Origin: Bacteroidota bacterium
GTDB lineage: Bacteria; Bacteroidota; Bacteroidia; AKYH767-A; 2013-40CM-41-45
NCBI GenBank assembly: GCA_031417555.1
Contig: JANOVV010000065.1
Coordinates: 6,566 to 70,565 of the forward strand
Direction of reading: 5' to 3'
DNA: 64,000 nt
The notes beneath the pieces are model-generated. The model was not told the origin of the DNA. It worked only from the letters and a program-made list of their open reading frames with translations, and made no database searches. The translations under genes and the position numbers were made by a program. This document shows positions 57,328 to 64,000 of the stretch, one piece after another (the stretch's first letter is position 1; every line of letters starts with the position of its first letter).

Positions 57328-59064
57328 ATGAAAAAATATCTATTATTAATTTTACTTTCCTTTTTTTCGGAAATTATATATTCTCAAACTAATTTAGTTT
57401 GCACAAATATTTATGCGGAACAGGTGATGAAGGGAAGCTATAATCCGTTAAATTTTCTCCCGCCAATAATAATTAATAATCCTGATTCTATACTTAGTAT
57501 TATTACCGGAGAGATTTCGCCTGATTCATTGCACGCTGATCTGGATGTATTAGCTTCATTTTATACCAGAAATTCAGGGTCTGATACGGTTTCTGATTCT
57601 ACAGGAATTGGTGCAGCACGCAGATGGGCTTTTCAAAAATTTACATCTATAGGAGCGAGTAATAATAACCGATTGAAAGCATCTTATCTTCAATTTGACA
57701 CTACGATTTGTGGTAGTCCACAGCATAGAAATATTTTTGCTGTCCTTCCCGGAGCAGATACTACTGATAAGTCTGTTGTAATTGTTGAAGCACACATTGA
57801 TAGCCGATGTAAAGTTTTATGTGATGTAAGTTGTTTGGCTCAAGGTATAGAAGACAATGCAAGTGGTACGGCACTAGTTCTTGAACTTGCCCGGGTAATG
57901 AGTAAATGTGTTTTTAACCGAACGATAATATTTCTTTTAAATATCGGTGAAGAGCAGGGATTGTATGGTGCAAATGCATTTTCGCTTTATGCTCAACAAC
58001 AATCAATTCAAATTCATGCTGTGTTAAATGATGATATTGTTGGTGGTGTTATTTGTGGAAACACGTCTTCTCCCCCTTCTTGCCCCGGTTATGCAAATAT
58101 AGATAGTACGAACGTGCGATTATTTTCTTCGGGAGGTTTCAATTCTCCGCATAAACAATTTGCCAGATTCGTTAAATTAGAATACAAGGAAGAAATTTTT
58201 CCTACTGTTTCCGTTCCAACTACAATACAGATAATGTCTGCGGAGGATAGAACGGGGCGGGGCGGGGATCATATTCCATTTCGTGAAAAATCATTCACTT
58301 CCATTCGTATGACATCGGCTAATGAAAATGGAAATGCTAATACATCAAGCGTTTCTTATCACGATCGTCAGCATACAAGTGACGATATTCTTGGTTTAAA
58401 TACCGATCTGGATCCGGAGATTGATAGTTTTTTTGTAGATTTTAATTATCTGCTGCGCAATTCGATTATTAACGCAACCGGTATTTCTATGGCTGCTATC
58501 GGACCACTTACTCCCGGTTTAATTGTTACTCTTATAAATGACACAACCGTTGCAGTCTCTATAACTCAACAAACACAATATCATCAATACAGAATTGGTG
58601 TTAGAACCTTTACAAATGATTGGGATTCTGTTTATACATTCAGTAATTCATTATCTGATACAATTGTTTTACAAGATCCAAGTGCGGGGATCTATAGCGT
58701 GGCAAGTGTCGACAGTAATGGAATAGAAAGTTTGTTTTCAGAAGAAGTATTAGTCGGTTTTGTAGGGATAAAGTATCCCGACTATATTGCAAATGGAATT
58801 AAATTACTTCCGAATACACCAAACCCGGCAGACGAACAAACCATAATAAATATTATTTCCGATAAAGATTTAAAAAACAAGTCTGCTTATATTATTATTC
58901 GTGATATTAATGGAAATGAAGTCTATAAGATTCCTTTCGAAATTCATCGGGGAGTAAATGAGGTTTTATATAATCATGGTTTCCATGCATCGGGAATTTT
59001 TATGTGTACGCTTTATATTAATGGAGAAAAAAATAATTCTATGAAAATGGTTTTTAAAGATTAA
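57328..59064 (+). CDS. M28-family zinc aminopeptidase with C-terminal T9SS sorting domain
   Basis: ORF track starts at TTG 57280. ATG 57328 gives the signal peptide MKKYLLLILLSFFSEIIYSQ. M28 metal-ligand segments are EAHIDS, DNASGTALVLE and NIGEEQGLYGANAF. The C-terminal ~80 aa is CTD-like. Confidence 0.75.
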   Translation: MKKYLLLILLSFFSEIIYSQTNLVCTNIYAEQVMKGSYNPLNFLPPIIINNPDSILSIITGEISPDSLHADLDVLASFYTRNSGSDTVSDSTGIGAARRWAFQKFTSIGASNNNRLKASYLQFDTTICGSPQHRNIFAVLPGADTTDKSVVIVEAHIDSRCKVLCDVSCLAQGIEDNASGTALVLELARVMSKCVFNRTIIFLLNIGEEQGLYGANAFSLYAQQQSIQIHAVLNDDIVGGVICGNTSSPPSCPGYANIDSTNVRLFSSGGFNSPHKQFARFVKLEYKEEIFPTVSVPTTIQIMSAEDRTGRGGDHIPFREKSFTSIRMTSANENGNANTSSVSYHDRQHTSDDILGLNTDLDPEIDSFFVDFNYLLRNSIINATGISMAAIGPLTPGLIVTLINDTTVAVSITQQTQYHQYRIGVRTFTNDWDSVYTFSNSLSDTIVLQDPSAGIYSVASVDSNGIESLFSEEVLVGFVGIKYPDYIANGIKLLPNTPNPADEQTIINIISDKDLKNKSAYIIIRDINGNEVYKIPFEIHRGVNEVLYNHGFHASGIFMCTLYINGEKNNSMKMVFKD

Positions 59065-59132
59065 AAATTATTTACCTGCCAATGAGGTTGCTTTCCATTA
59101 TTTCTAACTAAATAATTTTTTTTTAAAAATCA

Positions 59133-60521
59133 ATGCGGTATTTAAAAATAATTATTTGTTTTTTCCTTTTGCATAATTCAGTGTCTGCTCAGGAAATGTG
59201 GGGAATCAGTAATAGTAATTTTAGCGGCAACATGGGAATATTTCTGAATCCCGCAACAATTATTGGAGCGCCGTATCAATATGAAATAAATTTAGCAGCT
59301 CTTGATCAGTTTGCCGAAAACACATTTCTTTTTTTGCCATTAGATCAAAAAATTATCATGCTTTCATTGACAAATAAAGTGCGTAACAGAAAAAATTATT
59401 ATACAAACAGTTCCGGTTTACAAAACGGCTTTTCGCATGAGTTAATAATTGGACCTTCATATATTCATAACAAAACAAAATCAGCCTGGGGGATTCATTC
59501 TGCTTTTCGTTCTGGATTAAGCATTTTAAAAATACATTCTGAACTTGCATTGCTCTTCTCAGATTACTTTAAAACACCTCAATCATTCGGAGCAAAATTT
59601 ACTTCCGGCCCATTTTCTTCTGCTTTTGCCTCATGGCTGGAACTTGGAGGAACTTATGGCAAAATCTACAAAGAGAACGAAAAAAATATTGTTAAATGGG
59701 CCGCAACAGCTAATGTCCTGATCGGTCAAAACGGATATTCGTATGATGGACGTTCGTTTGATTTCACCTCTGTTGACTCTTCACAATTAGTTATTCATAA
59801 TTATAATGCAACGTTTTCACATACAATCGATGATAATGGTTTTGGATTTCATGGTTTAGGCTTAAGCACTACAATCGGAGTTTCATATATAAAAAATCCT
59901 AACCGCGGTGCATTTGATTGTAATATGAGTAATGATAAACAGAGAAAATATAAATATCGTCTTGGATTTTCTTTGTTAGATTTAGGAATGATCCACTTCT
60001 TCGGCGATGCCGCGATTTATAATGTTTCGAACCCTAACGATTATGTTTGGAATGGAGTTGATACAATAAATTTAAACTCTTTCCAGTCAATTGATACAAG
60101 CCTCTTAAACCATGTTGGTGGAAATATTCAGAATAAAAATTTCAACATCTGGCTTCCACTCGCAATAAGTGTACAATTCGATTATCAGTTACGGCCTAAC
60201 GTTTTTGCAAATGCTTCGATTGTTAACCGAATTCATTTTAAAACCAATCAAATTGCCAGAGGCAATCAACTAAATTTCTCATTACGTTATGAACGGAGAA
60301 GGTATGAAGGTGCGTTGAGTTTATCTCTGTTTGAATATAAAAAACCATCTCTCGGATTAGGTTTACGATACCGCTTCCTTGTCGTCGGTTCCGATCGAAT
60401 TCTTCAATTACTACAACTCTCTGATGCGCCTAGCCTTGATTTTTTTATTGGTGTAAAATTTCAATTTTGCAAAAAACCTTTCAGTAAAGGTCCTGATTGT
60501 CCTGCTTATTTAGGACAATAA
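59133..60521 (+). CDS. Hypothetical outer-membrane/secreted protein
   Basis: 462 aa, signal peptide, alternating amphipathic beta-strand-like pattern and an aromatic C-terminal residue pattern. Confidence 0.4.
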   Translation: MRYLKIIICFFLLHNSVSAQEMWGISNSNFSGNMGIFLNPATIIGAPYQYEINLAALDQFAENTFLFLPLDQKIIMLSLTNKVRNRKNYYTNSSGLQNGFSHELIIGPSYIHNKTKSAWGIHSAFRSGLSILKIHSELALLFSDYFKTPQSFGAKFTSGPFSSAFASWLELGGTYGKIYKENEKNIVKWAATANVLIGQNGYSYDGRSFDFTSVDSSQLVIHNYNATFSHTIDDNGFGFHGLGLSTTIGVSYIKNPNRGAFDCNMSNDKQRKYKYRLGFSLLDLGMIHFFGDAAIYNVSNPNDYVWNGVDTINLNSFQSIDTSLLNHVGGNIQNKNFNIWLPLAISVQFDYQLRPNVFANASIVNRIHFKTNQIARGNQLNFSLRYERRRYEGALSLSLFEYKKPSLGLGLRYRFLVVGSDRILQLLQLSDAPSLDFFIGVKFQFCKKPFSKGPDCPAYLGQ

Positions 60522-60713
60522 TTAAACCGGTATTTTGCAAGTGAATTGTTTTTTAGCATTCCAATATGATTAGAATGATTTCTCAGAGATGTTTTAATCA
60601 TTGGAGTTTTCGAGAGTTTAATCTACAAAATCCTGAATTTAAAATAAAAGAAACTCTTTTAATTTTAAAAAAATTATAATTATACTTTTGAAAAAAGTTA
60701 AATACGCCAACTC

Positions 60714-61115
60714 ATGAAAAATATCCTTGCTGTAATTGCCGGACTTATAATATCGGTAGTTATTTTTTCTTTGTTTGAATTTTTAAGTACGATGTTTAAT
60801 CCTTTACCAACAGAAATTGAACTGTCGGATAAAGTGGCTATGAAAGAATACATTTCTACTTTACCAATTTCCTCAATGATAATAATTTTAGCCGGTTATG
60901 CTTTAGGTTCTTTTTTAACCGGTGTTGTAATTGGTAAAATTTCGAAATCGCCACTTAAAAAACTACCCTTGATTGCCGGTTCTATTCTTACGATTGCTGC
61001 AATTATTAATCTTGTTACGATTCCGGCTCCGGTTTGGTTTATGATAATAAATATTCTGCTCTATATTCCATTAACTGTTGCAGGAAATTCTGTTGCTACT
61101 AAAATTAATAATTAA
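60714..61115 (+). CDS. Hypothetical small membrane protein (4 predicted TM helices)
   Basis: 133 aa, hydrophobic throughout. Confidence 0.4.
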   Translation: MKNILAVIAGLIISVVIFSLFEFLSTMFNPLPTEIELSDKVAMKEYISTLPISSMIIILAGYALGSFLTGVVIGKISKSPLKKLPLIAGSILTIAAIINLVTIPAPVWFMIINILLYIPLTVAGNSVATKINN

Positions 61116-61117
61116 TG

Positions 61118-62881
61118 TCAATTTTGTTTTTCCATTTCTTTCAGCATCAAAGCACGAATGTCTTTTACAGGTGAACTTCCATAGCTTAGAAATTTTTCAT
61201 GGAACTCTTTCAGATTAAATTTATTTCCCATTTTCTTTTTTAATTCTTCTCTGAATTCATAAATTTCAGTATAGCCGGTAAAATAAGAGGTGAGCTGAAC
61301 CTGGGTTAACTGTAGTCTTTTCCATTTATTTTCTGCTTCGGTTTGTTGCTGAAACGCTTCGTCTATTAAAATCTTCATTGCTTCTTCTTTTGTCATATTC
61401 CCTGCATGCACGCTGTAATCAAGAATAAAATTACATGTAGCACGAAGATTCCACTTATAATACATAAGCCACATCGCAGGGTCATTATTACCATAACCTT
61501 CTTCCAACATCATTCTTTCCGTATAAACTGCCCAGCCTTCTACCATTGCTCCGTTTTCTAAAATTGATTTAACAATGCTTGGAGAATTGTTGCTATAAAC
61601 AAGTTGCGTGTAATGACCGGGAATTGCTTCATGGATGTTTAAAATCTGAAGGATGTAATGATTGTATTCTCTCAAATAACTCTCTGCCTTTTCTGCAGGC
61701 CATCCTGATAAACTTCCCACATTGTAATATGTGTTTCCTCCTTTATCATATGGACCCGGAGCACTAATTGAAGCGCCTGCTACTCCTGCCATGTAATCCG
61801 GTTCGCGACGAACTACTAAGGGTTTAGTAGGGTCCATATACATGAGTTGTTTTTTATTTACAAATTCCGCAAGATCTTTCAATTGATTTTCAATAGCTGT
61901 CTGAAATGAATCCGGCTTTACATGATCAAGTGAAAGTTTATCAATTACCATGCGTATCATTTTTAATGAATCAGTAGGGATTGGTTGTTTGTTCATTAGA
62001 GTCGGCCATAATTGACGAGACACTTCGGCCATTTTAGCGTGTAGTTCGTTTTTATGATCGACTGCTTTTTTAAACATTTCATCAGCAGTATATGCCGACA
62101 TAATATCGAATTCAAATTTCTTTTTGTAAAGGTCTTTTCCTAGTCGGAAGCTTCTGGGTTGATCGTTTTTCAAATTTTTCAACCAGTCTACATAACTATT
62201 AATGGCAGCAACTGCGGAAGCGGATCGCTCAAGCATTTTTCCCTTTTCATCTGCCGAAAGGCCTGATTTATCGAGAGCTGATTTTAGCTCCTCTTCAAAA
62301 ATACTTTTGCTTCCATTAATCTGATCAATTGCTAATTGAGTATGTTCTAATGTAGGGTGAACAATATTTTTCTTTGCTGCCTCATAGTAAGCAGGAATGT
62401 TTGCCATACGAAGATAAAAATTGCGGAGCCTGTTGTCGATTTTATCGTATCCATTATTGAGCATTTCGCCAAATGTACTTCCCAGATTATATGAAGCAGG
62501 GTTCCATACATCGGACTTTAATTCCTGTATAGCCCAATCAGAAGAATGTAGTTGATTAACTATTAAATAATAATCTGTACGGTTATTTTCATTGAGCAAG
62601 TCGGGGTTAAATTGTTTCAAAGAATCCAATTCTGCAGCAATAAAATTACGTTCCTTTTTTTCCTGATTTACATCAGGGATATTAAGTATGCTATCAAAAT
62701 TGTGATATCCGATTGCGCTGGCCCAGGTTGGATATATTTCCCAGAATCGAAGCACGAGTCTTTCTTTGTACCCGGAAAAATTCAAATTGTTTTCAATAAC
62801 ATTTTGGTTTTCCGTTGTGTTTTTCTGCCCGCATGAAATAGCGATAGCGGCAATAAGTAAAGTGACGGTTATTTTTTTCAT
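61118..62881 (-). CDS. DUF885-family lipoprotein (putative metallopeptidase-like, HExxxxH)
   Basis: The ATG at 62881 gives the lipoprotein signal MKKITVTLLIAAIAISC. The longer ORF from 62974 would overlap the OsmC gene. Contains the HEAIPGHY motif characteristic of DUF885. Confidence 0.65.
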   Translation of the reverse strand: MKKITVTLLIAAIAISCGQKNTTENQNVIENNLNFSGYKERLVLRFWEIYPTWASAIGYHNFDSILNIPDVNQEKKERNFIAAELDSLKQFNPDLLNENNRTDYYLIVNQLHSSDWAIQELKSDVWNPASYNLGSTFGEMLNNGYDKIDNRLRNFYLRMANIPAYYEAAKKNIVHPTLEHTQLAIDQINGSKSIFEEELKSALDKSGLSADEKGKMLERSASAVAAINSYVDWLKNLKNDQPRSFRLGKDLYKKKFEFDIMSAYTADEMFKKAVDHKNELHAKMAEVSRQLWPTLMNKQPIPTDSLKMIRMVIDKLSLDHVKPDSFQTAIENQLKDLAEFVNKKQLMYMDPTKPLVVRREPDYMAGVAGASISAPGPYDKGGNTYYNVGSLSGWPAEKAESYLREYNHYILQILNIHEAIPGHYTQLVYSNNSPSIVKSILENGAMVEGWAVYTERMMLEEGYGNNDPAMWLMYYKWNLRATCNFILDYSVHAGNMTKEEAMKILIDEAFQQQTEAENKWKRLQLTQVQLTSYFTGYTEIYEFREELKKKMGNKFNLKEFHEKFLSYGSSPVKDIRALMLKEMEKQN

Positions 62882-62955
62882 GGCTGGAATTTGCTTTCTA
62901 ATATAAAATAGTCTTTGTGTTTTTAAAATTAGATTTATAAATGATTGGATTAATT

Positions 62956-63429
62956 TTATGCTGCTGCGGTGCATACTGGAATATGCTTAACAGGAAAATT
63001 ACAGGAGTTAGCAATAAAACATTGCTTGTTTGCATCATCATGTAAAGCATTCGCTTTCTCTATCATTGAATTATTAATCACTTTAACAAGTGGATGTAAT
63101 GTTACAGAAATAAAACGACCGCCGTTTATTGTATCTTCTTTTAATATTCCTGTGGCATTATCTATATAATCAATTACAATTATTCCTGCATCTGCACATA
63201 AATGCAAATACCATAACATGTGACAAGAGCTTAATGATGCAAGAAATAATTCTTCCGGATTATGTTTTGTATTATCCCCGCGAAAAGCAGGATCGGATGA
63301 ACAAAATATTTTCTCTTTCCCTTCAACAGATATTGTATGGCTGCGATTATACGATTGATAACCGGATGTTCCTTTGCCCAGGTTGCCGGTCCAATTTATC
63401 GTTAGCGAATATTTGTGTTCTTTGTTCAA
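62956..63429 (-). CDS. OsmC/Ohr-family peroxiredoxin-like protein
   Basis: 157 aa with the two conserved Cys in ELFLASLSSCHMLWYLHLCADAGI. Confidence 0.8.
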   Translation of the reverse strand: MNKEHKYSLTINWTGNLGKGTSGYQSYNRSHTISVEGKEKIFCSSDPAFRGDNTKHNPEELFLASLSSCHMLWYLHLCADAGIIVIDYIDNATGILKEDTINGGRFISVTLHPLVKVINNSMIEKANALHDDANKQCFIANSCNFPVKHIPVCTAAA

Positions 63430-63435
63430 ATAAAT

Positions 63436-64000
63436 TTATTTAGTAATTATTGTTTTAAAAACTTTTTGTGCTTTTAAAGACGAAACTTTAGTAAAATAAA
63501 TGCCTGCATTAATATTTTTTAAATTAAAGCTTCTGAAATTAATCCCTGCTTCCGTTTTCCAGTTTTCTGAATAGACAGAATGACCAAGCATGTCAAAAAG
63601 TTCAATAGAAAGAATTTCGTTTTTATCTCCTGCGTAATCGAGAGAAAAGAATCCATCATTCGGGTTTGGATACAAATTACAATCGAGCTTAAGGCCGGGA
63701 ATATTATCTATCCCATTTATAATCTGAACTACTCTTCTTACCGACCCATATGCATTCACTTTTCCATTACCCCAGGTGTTGTTTCCTCCGGTTTGAATAA
63801 CTCCGGTAAAACCATCTGTGATTGCTGTCTCATTAATAATGTCTTTTATTTCCTGCGGTCCTAAATCGTTTTTTACCTGTAACATCAATGCTGCTATTCC
63901 TGATACAACCGGTGAAGACATCGATGTGCCCAGAAGTTGGCCATAGGGATAATCGCGGTTATTATTTGCATCGTGATAAATATTAACAACAAAAAGATAT
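63436..64000 (-). CDS. Subtilisin-like (S8) serine peptidase, C-terminal part with T9SS sorting domain (gene continues beyond the window)
   Basis: Partial sequence ...GTSMSSPVVSGIAALMLQ (S8 catalytic Ser motif), then a C-terminal CTD-like beta-sandwich ending KVFKTIITK. Confidence 0.7.
   Translation of the reverse strand, partial: YLFVVNIYHDANNNRDYPYGQLLGTSMSSPVVSGIAALMLQVKNDLGPQEIKDIINETAITDGFTGVIQTGGNNTWGNGKVNAYGSVRRVVQIINGIDNIPGLKLDCNLYPNPNDGFFSLDYAGDKNEILSIELFDMLGHSVYSENWKTEAGINFRSFNLKNINAGIYFTKVSSLKAQKVFKTIITK

Overview
This is a low-GC chromosomal segment that is most consistent with a Bacteroidota genome. Supporting signs are T9SS C-terminal sorting domains on secreted proteins, a gldH-like lipoprotein, an alternative complex III + cytochrome oxidase cluster and a TAnnTTTG-type promoter box. 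Almost the whole window is protein-coding; I found no rRNA, tRNA or CRISPR array by eye.

Main blocks, in order along the window:
- A minus-strand respiratory operon, actABCDEF-ctaC-ctaD (alternative complex III plus aa3 oxidase subunits II and I).
- Housekeeping genes: cyclase/arylformamidase-like, VIT-family transporter, cysteine desulfurase, panC, glycogen-synthase-like, glmS, nfu, apbC/mrp, trmB plus an alkyltransferase-like MGMT protein, gamma-carbonic anhydrase, ScoAB, PBP1A, an M16 peptidase pair, gldH-like, PSP1/RicT, holB, M28 and S8 T9SS-secreted peptidases, DUF885, OsmC.
- Mobile DNA: a REP-hairpin-flanked RAYT (IS200-like HuH tyrosine transposase) and a complete group II intron. 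The intron has an RT/maturase ORF without an endonuclease domain and recognisable domains V/VI, and sits immediately after the stop codon of a T9SS beta-propeller gene.
- An AT-rich stretch (~34.4-39.5 kb) that looks like an accessory island. It carries a PolB-type exonuclease and a GreA-like factor, followed by a co-directional cassette of a fused XRE-HTH/ImmA-IrrE (M78) metallopeptidase, a cytoplasmic trypsin-like serine peptidase and a DnaQ-family 3'-5' exonuclease.
- A glycosylation cluster (tandem-NBD ABC ATPase, two Dpm1/ArnC-like GT2s, a STELLO/DUF288-like protein and a large GT-C-like membrane protein).

The HTH-metallopeptidase/protease/exonuclease cassette is the best candidate for an undescribed stress- or phage-responsive system.

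Other oddities: an in-frame TAA splitting a small membrane protein next to cox, a 174-bp nested palindromic element, and arrays of GATAC heptad repeats at two intergenic sites.
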